IMG/VR virus record: IMGVR_UViG_3300025138_000016
From: a virus
Reading direction: 5' to 3' (one strand)
DNA length: 64,000 bases
Shown: one piece after another, positions 7,793 through 17,331 of the stretch
How the letters are laid out: each line of letters begins with the position of its first letter
How positions within the stretch are numbered: position 1 is the stretch's first letter
Made by a program: the position numbers and the translations under genes
The notes under the pieces: model-generated
What the model was told of the DNA's origin: nothing
The model's database searches: none
The model's input: the letters and a program-made list of their open reading frames with translations, nothing else

Positions 7793-10029
7793 ATCTTACA
7801 GCTCTCGCAATCGTCTTCTTCGTCAGTAGCGCCATCATTCGTATTTAAATAATACAATTGTTTACCGCCATACTTATAAAACATTAATAGGTCTTGTAAC
7901 ATAGTACTTAATGGTATCTTATCATCCTCATAGTTCTTAGGATTATATGATGTATTAACACTTATACCTTGATCGATATATTTCTGTAGCACTGCACATA
8001 TTTTAAGATATCCTTCGGGCGATGGCAAGTCCCAAAGCAACTCATATTTATTTCTCATATGAAACATGCTAGGAACTACTTGCTTAAGTATACCGTCTTT
8101 TGATTGTTTAACAGATACTAACGCTCTAGGAGGTTCTATACCATTAGTAGCATTACTGATCTGTGATGATGTCTCAGATGGCATAAGAGCCATAAGAGTA
8201 CTATTTCTTATACCAGTTAATTTTAATTGAGCCTTAAGATCATCCCATGGCATTTTATAATTAGGTTTAACTAATTCATCTACGTCTTTTTTATATGTAT
8301 CAATAGGTAATATACCTTGACAATAAAGAGACTCTTCATGTAGATTTATCATGCCTTTTTCTTCAGCTAAATCAGCTGATGCTTTAATAAGATGATATGA
8401 CCAGGCTTCAGTCCATTCATCTATCATTTCTAAATTAGGATTAGAATAGTTTGAATTATTTTTAGCTAACCAATAAGCAAAGTTAACAATACCTATACCT
8501 AAAGGCCTTCTATTCTTAGTACTATTCTCAGCTGCTTTTACAGGATACATTTGATAAGATAGCAGCTCATCAAGAGCTCTTACTAATAGGTTAGCTGGAC
8601 GTTTAAAGTCTTTAGGAGACTTCATATTACCCCAGTTAATAGCACCTAATGTACATAGAGATATCTCTCCATTCTCATCGTTTATATCGTTAAGTGGTTT
8701 AGTTGGTAAGTCAATCTCACAGCAGAGATTACTCATTCTGATTGGTGCTTTGTCTGTTACGAAAGGACTATGATCATTAGCATGATCAACATTCATTAAA
8801 TATATACGTCCAGTATCTTTCCTTTCTTGCATAAAGGATGAGAATATTTCGATCGCAGGTACCTTTCTCTTCCTGATTGATGTCTTCCGTTCGGCAGCTT
8901 CGTAGAGCTCACGGAATCTTTCGATGTCCGAGAAGAAAGGTTCGTATAGTTCTGGTACGTCCGATGGACTGAAAAGGGTAATATCGTCACCATTTAGGAG
9001 ACGCTCATAAAACACCTTATTAAACTGTACGCCATAGTCTAAGTGTCTGATTCTATTATCTTCCGTACCCTTATTATTTTTAAGTACAAGAAGATCTTCA
9101 ACCTCAGCATGCCATATAGGATAGTAAAGAGTAGCAGCGCCACCCCGTACCCCACCTTGGCTACAAGACCTAACAGCGGATTGGAAGTGTTTAAAGAAAG
9201 GAATAGTGCCCGTGTGAGTAGCGTGGCCACCGTTAATAGGACTTCCGAGCGCTCTAATGCGTCCTGCACCGATTCCGATGCCTGCTCTTTTTGAAACATA
9301 TCTTACTATCGCCGCCGATGTTGCTGAAATTGAGTCAAGTGAGTCATCTGTCTCTATAAGGACACATGAACTAAATTGGCGTACTGATGTTCTGACGCCA
9401 GCCATCACAGGTGTTGGTAAAGAGATATCGAAACGACTTAAAGCGTCATAGAAATCTTTCACCATCATCATTCTTTTATCTGTATATTTATGAAAAAGTG
9501 TAGCGGCAATTAACATGAAAGCTATCTGAGGTGTTTCATATATCTTCTTATCGAATCTATTCTTAACTAGATACTTGCCTCTCATTTGCTCCATAGCAGC
9601 ATAGGTCATAGTCTCATCTCTACCATGATCTATCCATGAGTCCATAGTATCAAACTCATCTTCTGTATACCAGTTTAGCAACTCCTCTTCATAAAAGCCT
9701 TTCTTAATTATTCTTTTAACATGCTTATATAAACGAGGAGGCTCAAACTTATTAAATACTTCCTTTCTAAGGTCGTAACAAATAAGACGTCCAGCTACGA
9801 ATTGATAATTAGGAGATTCTTCTGATATAAGATCAGCAGCTGCTTTAATAACCGTTTCTTGAATCTCCTTAGTCGTCATTTTATCGTAAAACTGGATATG
9901 AGACTTAAGCTCTACTTCCGACACAGAAACACCTGCAAGGTTATCGCAGGCGTACTCTACTACTTTATGTAACTTCTCGATATCGAGACCCTCACGGGTC
10001 CCATCTCGTTTCACGATTGAAAAACTCAT
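7789..10029 (-). CDS. nrdA: Ribonucleotide reductase class Ia alpha subunit
   Basis: N-terminal ATP-cone (VKRDG), QFSSCVL, SQGGVRGG, SNLCCEI, LMPSETSSQ and C-terminal CESC. Confidence 0.98.
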   Translation of the reverse strand: MSFSIVKRDGTREGLDIEKLHKVVEYACDNLAGVSVSEVELKSHIQFYDKMTTKEIQETVIKAAADLISEESPNYQFVAGRLICYDLRKEVFNKFEPPRLYKHVKRIIKKGFYEEELLNWYTEDEFDTMDSWIDHGRDETMTYAAMEQMRGKYLVKNRFDKKIYETPQIAFMLIAATLFHKYTDKRMMMVKDFYDALSRFDISLPTPVMAGVRTSVRQFSSCVLIETDDSLDSISATSAAIVRYVSKRAGIGIGAGRIRALGSPINGGHATHTGTIPFFKHFQSAVRSCSQGGVRGGAATLYYPIWHAEVEDLLVLKNNKGTEDNRIRHLDYGVQFNKVFYERLLNGDDITLFSPSDVPELYEPFFSDIERFRELYEAAERKTSIRKRKVPAIEIFSSFMQERKDTGRIYLMNVDHANDHSPFVTDKAPIRMSNLCCEIDLPTKPLNDINDENGEISLCTLGAINWGNMKSPKDFKRPANLLVRALDELLSYQMYPVKAAENSTKNRRPLGIGIVNFAYWLAKNNSNYSNPNLEMIDEWTEAWSYHLIKASADLAEEKGMINLHEESLYCQGILPIDTYKKDVDELVKPNYKMPWDDLKAQLKLTGIRNSTLMALMPSETSSQISNATNGIEPPRALVSVKQSKDGILKQVVPSMFHMRNKYELLWDLPSPEGYLKICAVLQKYIDQGISVNTSYNPKNYEDDKIPLSTMLQDLLMFYKYGGKQLYYLNTNDGATDEEDDCESCKI

Positions 10030-10030
10030 A

Positions 10031-10429
10031 CTATACTTCTATAAATGTTCTGTTAATTAAATGCTCTTCAGCAATATCTTCTTTTGACTGACCCATGTAA
10101 GCAACTGCGTGATGATCAGTAATCATTTGTTGATTAACTGAACTCCATTCATCGTTTAACTCCATGAATAATTCACCTAAAATTCTACCAAACTTACCTT
10201 TATCATGGCAGACCATTCTGACCTTACCAGCTAATAAGCCTTTTAAATGAGCTTTAGCAGCTTTACCATATTTCTTCTCTACTAAATCTCTTGTTCTAGA
10301 TTCTGGTGTATCGATACCATGAAGCCTTACTCTCTGCTTCTTATATATCATTCCAAAACCTAAATCGATGTCTACATCCACTGTATCACCGTCTACTACT
10401 CTTGTGACCTTTACGTTATACTCGTACAT
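10031..10429 (-). CDS. Staphylococcal-nuclease-like (thermonuclease) protein
   Basis: RVVDGDTVD, RVRLHGIDTPE and GKFGRILG motifs. Confidence 0.9.
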   Translation of the reverse strand: MYEYNVKVTRVVDGDTVDVDIDLGFGMIYKKQRVRLHGIDTPESRTRDLVEKKYGKAAKAHLKGLLAGKVRMVCHDKGKFGRILGELFMELNDEWSSVNQQMITDHHAVAYMGQSKEDIAEEHLINRTFIEV

Positions 10430-10433
10430 TTTA

Positions 10434-11447
10434 CTATTTCCTATATGCTGTTAATGCTAATTTTGCATTTAATCCTTTATAGGTATTGACGTCGAGCATA
10501 AGCTTCAAGTTCGCTTCAGTCATGCCGTTCGTTATCATATCGTTAACGTCTTTCTGTACTACATTGCCAGGCCATATTACAACATTATAACCGCTATCAA
10601 TAGCAGTATCAATCTTTTTGTTTATTATGGATGATCTGGGCTCGTTATCATATACAATCACTATATTTTCTTTGATTAAATTATTTACACTTGATAAAGC
10701 CTGTATTATGTCTGAGCCACAAACAGCGAGTGAGTTGTCTACAAACATAGAATCGAACGGGCCTTCAAAGACGTAAATCTTCTTAGACTTATCTACGTTG
10801 TTTAAACCGAATACTTTCGGCCGACTTTCATCAAGTAGTATAGTTATATAGCGTAACTGACTATCGTAAAGTGCTCTTCCTTGGTAGCCAAATAAGTTAT
10901 TTTTCTCATCCATAAGTGGTATAACTATTCTCTTATCATTCTTAATATAAGCTAATTTATCTGGTATTAAATTGTTAGTAAACTTACTAAAATTATCAGT
11001 ATAAAACAACTGAGCATGATACTTATTAGGTATCTTTCTATCTACAATCCAGTTCTTAGCTAAGTGAGAATGATATAGCGAACTAACCTTAGTAATAACC
11101 TTCAGCTGCTTAGATCCATAAAGCGTTGACTTAGGAGTTACGGTCTTAGAATATAGTTCTCCCTTTGTCTCCCCTTCTCTAACAGTATCAACTAGGTACT
11201 CTTTATATTGTTGTGGGGTATGCTTTTTCATGAACGTAATGAGGGTAGCTGAGTAGCCACAATTATGACATTTATAGAACCATTTACCTTGTCTCTCGAA
11301 GAAGTATCCTCTTGCTTTCAGCTTGTTCTTCTGCGAATCACCACAATCGGGACAACGCACATTATAAAGCTTATCAGTTTTGCGTTTAAACACAGAGAAC
11401 TGATTCGATATAAGGTTTATATATTTAGTTTCTAACCATAGAGCCAT
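10434..11447 (-). CDS. 61: DNA primase (T4 gp61-like)
   Basis: CPDCGDS...YKCHNCG zinc finger, YQGR, VFEGPFDSMF and YDNEPR TOPRIM motifs. Confidence 0.96.
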   Translation of the reverse strand: MALWLETKYINLISNQFSVFKRKTDKLYNVRCPDCGDSQKNKLKARGYFFERQGKWFYKCHNCGYSATLITFMKKHTPQQYKEYLVDTVREGETKGELYSKTVTPKSTLYGSKQLKVITKVSSLYHSHLAKNWIVDRKIPNKYHAQLFYTDNFSKFTNNLIPDKLAYIKNDKRIVIPLMDEKNNLFGYQGRALYDSQLRYITILLDESRPKVFGLNNVDKSKKIYVFEGPFDSMFVDNSLAVCGSDIIQALSSVNNLIKENIVIVYDNEPRSSIINKKIDTAIDSGYNVVIWPGNVVQKDVNDMITNGMTEANLKLMLDVNTYKGLNAKLALTAYRK

Positions 11448-11452
11448 ACTTG

Positions 11453-11481
11453 ATTATAGTACGGAATAGGCTGTGGTTCAA
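11453..11481 (-). promoter_or_regulatory. Sigma70-type promoter upstream of primase
   Basis: Minus strand TTGAAC-17 nt-TATAAT. Confidence 0.7.
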
Positions 11482-11484
11482 GTT

Positions 11485-11853
11485 TTATTTGAAGAAGTTA
11501 AAGAGATCGATTTGATGAGACATAACAGATAGTACGGTTACAGCACCTACTAAATACCATTTCCATTTATCAAAAGATCGTATCTGTACTTGTAATTGTG
11601 TGAATTGTTTGATATTTTCTCTACGAAGAGATTCAATATCTTCATGATTATGCTTAAGATTCTCTAACATTTGCGTTATACGCTCGTCTTGGACTGCCTG
11701 TCTTGATTTCAATTCGTTGCTTAATCCTGCGACATCTGAGATAATTATCTCTGTCCTTGCCAATAGTGTCTCTTGAAAACGTACTTCACTCTCAAGTTGT
11801 CCAACTTTAGTATAAATTTCATTTATTCGAGCATCTGTTTGTTTCAGAGTCAT
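11485..11853 (-). CDS. Coiled-coil protein with C-terminal TM segment (possible lysis or membrane function)
   Basis: Heptad-rich body followed by KWKWYLVGAVTVLSV; lies just downstream of the spanin pair. Confidence 0.6.
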   Translation of the reverse strand: MTLKQTDARINEIYTKVGQLESEVRFQETLLARTEIIISDVAGLSNELKSRQAVQDERITQMLENLKHNHEDIESLRRENIKQFTQLQVQIRSFDKWKWYLVGAVTVLSVMSHQIDLFNFFK

Positions 11854-11905
11854 CAGGTATATGCCAAAAGGTTAGTGAATTAATAGGTATGTTAGTAATA
11901 TTTAT

Positions 11906-12421
11906 CTATTTTGTTGGCTCAGATTCAGGTTTTTTAACAGTTACTTCACGATAATATATCACAACTTCACCAAGCTGCTTAATATATCTCTTTAGTTCCT
12001 GCATATCTTCTGCCATAACCTTATAGTCTCCTACAGATGTAGCTACAAAAAGTACTTCACCGTTGTTTTGTGCTTTCATATCATCAAGGAATTGATCAAG
12101 ATATGTATATCCATCAGGCCACTCAGGGTTCTCTTTTTCAGACTTATCACATGCTCTAGGACGTTTAAGCTGTTCTACACCTTCACCATTATACTTCTTA
12201 GGCTCAAATGATAGAGATTTTTTGCATGGATTAACTATACGAGCTTCAGAAACAACAAACCATTTAGGTGCTGTTAGTTCAACTGGTCTAGGAAGATCAG
12301 GTTGCATGATCTCTATTTCAATAGGCTTAGAAACTATTTCAATAGTCTTAGTTGGTATTAATGAACAACCACTAGTTACTAGTAGCAGGCACAGTAAGCT
12401 TATAAAGTTCTTCTGTATCAT
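11906..12421 (-). CDS. Lipoprotein, putative o-spanin (Rz1-like)
   Basis: Lipobox LLLVTSG-C, Pro-rich segment and C-terminal coiled helix; overlaps the upstream i-spanin-like gene. Confidence 0.7.
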   Translation of the reverse strand: MIQKNFISLLCLLLVTSGCSLIPTKTIEIVSKPIEIEIMQPDLPRPVELTAPKWFVVSEARIVNPCKKSLSFEPKKYNGEGVEQLKRPRACDKSEKENPEWPDGYTYLDQFLDDMKAQNNGEVLFVATSVGDYKVMAEDMQELKRYIKQLGEVVIYYREVTVKKPESEPTK

Positions 12422-12755
12422 TTTCTAATCCCTCCATCACTTTCTCACTAGCATTATTCATTCTGGTAGTTATCATTCCAGGTTTCTTTAATGCAAGAAG
12501 ATCTAAATTATGTCTTGAGAATATTGATAAATATTCTGCTTTCTCGGCTTCTATCTCTGAGTTCTTACGAGACATATTTAACAAGGCTTTACCTTGCTTC
12601 TCGTATTGCTCTTTGATAGCTTCCATTGCTTGTTTTTGCTCTTCGACGGCTAATTCTAACTTAGAGTTATTAGCAGCGAGCGTTTGATTTTCTGTATACA
12701 GATAGTAGGAACCTAATCCTAATAGTATCAGCATACCGATTAATAATTGATTCAT
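12372..12755 (-). CDS. Putative i-spanin (Rz-like)
   Basis: N-terminal TM helix, long coiled coil and LALKKPGMI; paired with a lipoprotein. Confidence 0.7.
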   Translation of the reverse strand: MNQLLIGMLILLGLGSYYLYTENQTLAANNSKLELAVEEQKQAMEAIKEQYEKQGKALLNMSRKNSEIEAEKAEYLSIFSRHNLDLLALKKPGMITTRMNNASEKVMEGLENDTEELYKLTVPATSN

Positions 12756-13015
12756 CGGAGCTCCTTAATAATATAATTTAATCCAGCAGATGATCTATAC
12801 TCTACTATCTCTTTGTCTTCAGTTCTGAACTTAAGATGTTTTTCCTTTTGGACTATAATTTTTTTGGCTATATAGGTCGTATCATCTGCATCACCCCATT
12901 CTTTATTGAATGATACAGTTACCTTATACCTAGTTAAGAAAGAATAATACAGCCAATTAAAGATAGTCTTTAATGCGCATTTAATCCAGTTCCAAATTAG
13001 GTGTAAGTATTTCAT
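12752..13015 (-). CDS. Hypothetical protein
   Basis: 87-aa ORF tiling between its neighbours. Confidence 0.7.
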   Translation of the reverse strand: MKYLHLIWNWIKCALKTIFNWLYYSFLTRYKVTVSFNKEWGDADDTTYIAKKIIVQKEKHLKFRTEDKEIVEYRSSAGLNYIIKELR

Positions 13016-13270
13016 CTACTCGCCTATATTCTGAGTAGTGATTTTAACTTTAGGTGGTCTACCTCTTCGCTTGGGCGAGGAGTTCTTTGAAGGTGAGGAG
13101 GAGCTTGCGGCCGCCTTTTTCTTTGCTGCCGGCTTTGTATTTTTGCGCGGCTTTTTTGCTGACTTTGATGTCGTCTTCACCGTTGTATCCGCCGCCTGCG
13201 ATGGCTCCGGAGCCAACCACGTTAACATCTTCGTTAACCATGTTTTCAATTGGTTCATTATTTTCTCCAT
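13016..13270 (-). CDS. Basic low-complexity protein with AT-hook-like RRGRPPK
   Basis: Amphipathic N-terminal helix, K/A/S-rich body; stop abuts the next ATG. Confidence 0.5.
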   Translation of the reverse strand: MEKIMNQLKTWLTKMLTWLAPEPSQAADTTVKTTSKSAKKPRKNTKPAAKKKAAASSSSPSKNSSPKRRGRPPKVKITTQNIGE

Positions 13271-13283
13271 TATTTTTATTCAT
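13059..13283 (-). CDS. Small protein with VNEDVNVVGSGAIAG motif (possible head-associated peptide)
   Basis: Start overlaps the end of the upstream gene with an AGGAAAGG RBS; motif resembles small T4-like phage proteins. Confidence 0.55.
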   Translation of the reverse strand: MNKNNGENNEPIENMVNEDVNVVGSGAIAGGGYNGEDDIKVSKKAAQKYKAGSKEKGGRKLLLTFKELLAQAKR

Positions 13284-13686
13284 TTGCCTTTCCTATTTCG
13301 TTCATAAGAACCTCAGCGATTCTCTGATCTACCTTTATATTATCAGTGATAATAGTCTCTGTAGGAAGACCTATCTGCTCTACCCTTTCTGGACACCTAT
13401 TCAATATTGTTAGAAATGGTATCAGCTGCGGATAGTAACCATGCAGCTTTAAAAACAGTAATCTAGTTCCGCCTTCTTGACCGAACTGATTGTAGATAAC
13501 TATTATATGATTGAGTATCAATCTATACTTTAAGTTACCTGACTCTTTATATTTATTAAACAGACGCTTTATATACTTAAATCGTTTTAAATCATCGTAA
13601 AATTCTAACGTGTCTGTACAGCCTGGATTATCATAGTTCTTAGCTGCATATAAGGACGCGTTACCACTGTGTAGTATATCAATCAT
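13276..13686 (-). CDS. Conserved T4-like phage hypothetical protein
   Basis: YAAKNYDNP...EFYDDLKRFKYIKRLF...LILNHIIVIYN, a pattern recalled from marine T4-like phages. Confidence 0.8.
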   Translation of the reverse strand: MIDILHSGNASLYAAKNYDNPGCTDTLEFYDDLKRFKYIKRLFNKYKESGNLKYRLILNHIIVIYNQFGQEGGTRLLFLKLHGYYPQLIPFLTILNRCPERVEQIGLPTETIITDNIKVDQRIAEVLMNEIGKANE

Positions 13687-13718
13687 ATAGTTCCTAGTTT
13701 ATAGATATATTTATCTTG

Positions 13719-14333
13719 CTAGAAAGCACTGATTGCGATTCTTTTAATCTCGGTATTTGATACTGCAACATAGATAAAGTTATTGTCATAGAACTGATCA
13801 CCAGCTACGACTTCAAAAGTAGAATTGACGTAAGAGTTATTCGCCGGAGTGGCTTGGCCTGTTATATTAAGCTTTGTGGCTCTTACGGTGTTGTAAAGAG
13901 GATTCTGTAAAATATCCTCCGATGAGGTAATAGTAACAGTTGGTACACCGTCACTATCGTTTGCTATTGAACCTTGAATAGATCCACCAAATACAAACTT
14001 CATGTTGTGAGCATTAGCAGTCGTAGCTACATTAGATGCAACTGTCGATAGCGTGTTTGAATAAGGAGCTGAATTTGATTGAGATGTTACTCTCGCGTCA
14101 GTAAATATATAGTTATTAACTATCATTCCTGAAGTACCAATTGATAGAGTATTACCGCTATGCGTGACTGTAGCACTTTGCGTAGCGGAAATACCCAAAC
14201 TATCAAAAAAGTTATTTACTGTAACTTTCTTTGTTTCAATTGATGCACTATTAGCGACCTCATCTACGACTACAAGCAAATCGCCGCCTGCAACCGTGAC
14301 AAGATTGGTTAGATCACTGATCTTTGTCGCCAT
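13719..14333 (-). CDS. Putative virion structural protein
   Basis: MATKISDLTNL...DLLVVVD...TKKVTV N-terminus typical of fibre/baseplate proteins; S/T/N-rich. Confidence 0.65.
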   Translation of the reverse strand: MATKISDLTNLVTVAGGDLLVVVDEVANSASIETKKVTVNNFFDSLGISATQSATVTHSGNTLSIGTSGMIVNNYIFTDARVTSQSNSAPYSNTLSTVASNVATTANAHNMKFVFGGSIQGSIANDSDGVPTVTITSSEDILQNPLYNTVRATKLNITGQATPANNSYVNSTFEVVAGDQFYDNNFIYVAVSNTEIKRIAISAF

Positions 14334-14352
14334 ATTATAGTCCTTTTATTAC

Positions 14353-14970
14353 TTAAGTAGTAATAGTCAATGCTGCATTACTAGATACAACTGCTGCGCC
14401 GCCAGTGACACTTACTGTACACTTGTATGAAGCATTAGATGTCTGCTGAGCAGATTTAATTACTAATGAAGCTGCTGTTGTAACACCTGTATTGGTACCA
14501 GCTGTAATCGCTGATCCATCTGCAAATGTCCAAGCAAATGTCTGACTTCCACCTGCTGGTGTAGTACTTGCTGCAACTGTAAATGTTGCTGACTCAGATG
14601 CTGTAGTATTAGCTGATGCTGCTGCAGGCTGTGATGTAATTAACGTTACAAAGTCTGGCATTACTGCGTCATCAGATCCATCAGAACTGATTCCTCCAGC
14701 AACTAAAACTTCGCTAGTAATTCTACCAGCTCTTCCGCCTGAACCAGTTGTTTGTAATACCCAACCAGTATGTGCTTGCTTTCCGCCTGAAGCTGCTATC
14801 TCATTAGTATCAACTGCGAATTGACCAATTGTAGCGCCTGTTACGAAAGCGTCAGCTGTAGTATTACCATACAGAGCTTGTCTATTAGCTGTGTTTGCTT
14901 CTACTTTAAATTGTTGTGGTGCGTATGATACTGAATTAGCATGATCGTCACCTGTTCCCCATTGTGCCAT
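14353..14970 (-). CDS. Putative virion protein with C-terminal Ig-like domain
   Basis: MAQWG, HTGWV and EVLVA motifs; ITSQP...ATFTV...YKCTVS...SNAALTI Ig-like pattern; AGGAG RBS. Confidence 0.75.
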   Translation of the reverse strand: MAQWGTGDDHANSVSYAPQQFKVEANTANRQALYGNTTADAFVTGATIGQFAVDTNEIAASGGKQAHTGWVLQTTGSGGRAGRITSEVLVAGGISSDGSDDAVMPDFVTLITSQPAAASANTTASESATFTVAASTTPAGGSQTFAWTFADGSAITAGTNTGVTTAASLVIKSAQQTSNASYKCTVSVTGGAAVVSSNAALTITT

Positions 14971-14987
14971 TTTTATCTCCTAAATAT

Positions 14988-16088
14988 TTATTTATCTAAG
15001 CTAGCTACTAGGTGTTTAAGTAACTGCTCTTTAGCTAATGACTTGGTTAAACCGCCATTATTTTCTTTTAATTTACCTGACTTCTCATCTTTACGACGAG
15101 AATCATAGTTTGTATCATGAAGCCTGTAATCACTTGCACCATGGTATCCTTTTCTTCTCAAAGCTCTATTTGCTGTTGACATACCTTTAGATGCTTTATC
15201 TTGCACCTTACGTTGTTGCTTTTGTAAGCCTCTAGCATTTTTCTCTGCAGCTTTAGATGTAGAATTCTGTGCGTCACTACCGTAACTATCAGCTTTATAG
15301 CTGCTATCGAATTCTTGCTTCTTCCTCTTAGTATGAGCAGATTTGATAGTATCTGTATCTAGCTCATGGAGTTTAGCTTGCATAATTTTATTAATTGTTT
15401 CTTGAACCTTCTTAGGTTCAGGCTTCTTAGGATTAGCTGCTGAATGGTCATCAGCTGCTTTATTAAGACCGGCGTGAGGTTTTAAACCACTCTTACCTGT
15501 TTCTTTATCTTTAGAATAATTGTGGAAGAATAAATGACTCTTAATAGGCTTCTTATGCTCATCTTTAGGATATATTCCTTTCTTGATTAAGTCATGCCTT
15601 TGCTTAATACCCATTTGGCCTTCTTCTGATACAGCAGGAACTTTACTTCTTTGCTTATCTAATGGATCTGATCTAAGCATTTTACCGCCGTCACCATCTT
15701 GTCCTGCATCACCTTTCTTTAATTTACCTGATCTAGTAAAATGATGTCCGTCAGGAGCTTCTTTAGTTTCTTTCTTAGGACCGTATCCTAAGTCAGATGT
15801 TACTTTATTAAACTTACTAAAGCCAGATGTTTTTTTCTTATCACCTGATGGTGGGGCTTTTTTGAATGTCTTATCTTCTTGCTTTTTAAGCATATCATCT
15901 TTAAGTCTGCCTTCAAGAATATATCCCTGAGGCTCAAAAGACTCTTCAGTAGTTGAAATACTACCGTGTCCTCTTTTTCTTAGGATTTGTATCTTCTTCT
16001 GAGCATCTTGCATATCAGCTGCATAGCGATATGTCTTCCTGCCTGAAGGAGTTACTGCACCTATTTTTATTCTCTCAATAAGTTCCAT
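14988..16088 (-). CDS. Lys-rich modular protein, putative internal head protein
   Basis: Basic modules separated by (L/I/V)-x-E sites; LHELDTDTIKS module. Confidence 0.6.
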   Translation of the reverse strand: MELIERIKIGAVTPSGRKTYRYAADMQDAQKKIQILRKRGHGSISTTEESFEPQGYILEGRLKDDMLKKQEDKTFKKAPPSGDKKKTSGFSKFNKVTSDLGYGPKKETKEAPDGHHFTRSGKLKKGDAGQDGDGGKMLRSDPLDKQRSKVPAVSEEGQMGIKQRHDLIKKGIYPKDEHKKPIKSHLFFHNYSKDKETGKSGLKPHAGLNKAADDHSAANPKKPEPKKVQETINKIMQAKLHELDTDTIKSAHTKRKKQEFDSSYKADSYGSDAQNSTSKAAEKNARGLQKQQRKVQDKASKGMSTANRALRRKGYHGASDYRLHDTNYDSRRKDEKSGKLKENNGGLTKSLAKEQLLKHLVASLDK

Positions 16089-16091
16089 AAG

Positions 16092-17303
16092 TTACTTCTT
16101 TTTCTTTTTCTTATGACCGTGATGCATCTCTTTAACGATTTTTAACTCTTCAACTCTCATCATTTCTTTAACAACGTGTTGATCGTCGATTTTAAACATA
16201 ACATCGTAATGAGTTACAACGCCTTCGCCTTCAGAAGTTTCTTCTAAAGTATGCATTCCTGGAATACATTCTCCGGATCCAAACACTGCATGCTCTACGT
16301 GAGTAGCGCAGTTATGGCCGATTGTTTTTTCTGGATCAGTTGATGATTGATCAATAGCTTCTTCCATGTCTTTTTGATCTTTCTTCTTCTTACCCATGGA
16401 CATTTTAATAGCTTTATCTTTATTGTCCATATATTCTTTATCATCGGATTCATGTTTGCCATCGCCGTCCATGTCTCCTTTGTCTTTTTTGCCTTTGCCA
16501 GCCATCATATCTTTGAATTCTGCTTTAGACATTTTCTTTTCTTGAATGTCTTTTTTAACACCCATCATTGATGTACCATCAGCTGATTGTACTTTAGTTT
16601 GTGCGCTGATAAAACCAGCTAATCTTTCCATATTTGTCATTGGGGTCTCCACTTGCGTTTCTATTTCATTGTCTGTATCGTCGACGTTTTCTTTTTGTAA
16701 ATCTTGGTTCTTCTTGAGCGATTTAGCAACAGTACTTGCTACTGCTACTTTAACTGCTTTCTTAGCAGCTGCTTCTTGACCTTGTCTTCTTGAAGCTGCA
16801 TTTCTCTCTGGTCTGGAAGGATGTAATTTAGACTTGATAGCATCTACCATTCCTTCTTTTACTTCAGGCTTATCATGTCCCCAGCCCTTTTTCTTCATAT
16901 CTAAATGGTCTTGCTTTACTTTTGCCATTTTGCCTTCACCTGTATCAGGATCATACATCATGTGAGGCTTAAACTTTTCAGTCTGCTCTTTTATATCTTT
17001 TTCCATTTTAGGTTTGCCGCATGATTCGCATATTGCTTTACCACAATCACATGAGCACTCACACATTTCAGGATCTTCTTTCTCTTCCCAAACGAAGCCT
17101 TCAGCATTTAATTTTGAATAATTCTGGGCTAGGAAAACCTCAGCTGATTTTCTATATTTCTCACCTAAGTCTTTTTGTTTAAAAGATCTTACGCAATTTC
17201 CACCTTTGTCAAGGACATCACAACCATCATTATTAAAAGATAAGCGAGGCTTAGCTTCTAGTAATTGATTGATTTTTCCTTTCAAGTCATCTGACATGTT
17301 CAT
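16092..17303 (-). CDS. Charged modular protein, putative internal head protein
   Basis: Cys-rich module, FKPHMMYDP module, DxDxDG motif and HNCATHVEH module; preceded by TATAAATA. Confidence 0.65.
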   Translation of the reverse strand: MNMSDDLKGKINQLLEAKPRLSFNNDGCDVLDKGGNCVRSFKQKDLGEKYRKSAEVFLAQNYSKLNAEGFVWEEKEDPEMCECSCDCGKAICESCGKPKMEKDIKEQTEKFKPHMMYDPDTGEGKMAKVKQDHLDMKKKGWGHDKPEVKEGMVDAIKSKLHPSRPERNAASRRQGQEAAAKKAVKVAVASTVAKSLKKNQDLQKENVDDTDNEIETQVETPMTNMERLAGFISAQTKVQSADGTSMMGVKKDIQEKKMSKAEFKDMMAGKGKKDKGDMDGDGKHESDDKEYMDNKDKAIKMSMGKKKKDQKDMEEAIDQSSTDPEKTIGHNCATHVEHAVFGSGECIPGMHTLEETSEGEGVVTHYDVMFKIDDQHVVKEMMRVEELKIVKEMHHGHKKKKKK

Positions 17304-17322
17304 AGTTAGTTCCCTACCAATT

Positions 17323-17330
17323 TATTTATA
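17323..17330 (-). promoter_or_regulatory. T4-type late promoter
   Basis: TATAAATA on the minus strand 20 nt upstream of ORF 16092-17303; gp55 is encoded in the window. Confidence 0.7.
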
Positions 17331-17331
17331 T

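Noticed and set aside
5652-10029. Group I intron or intein in nrdA/nrdB (also checked gp43, gp41 and uvsX)
   Set aside because: All are single ORFs of normal length with contiguous motifs; the inserts lie between genes.
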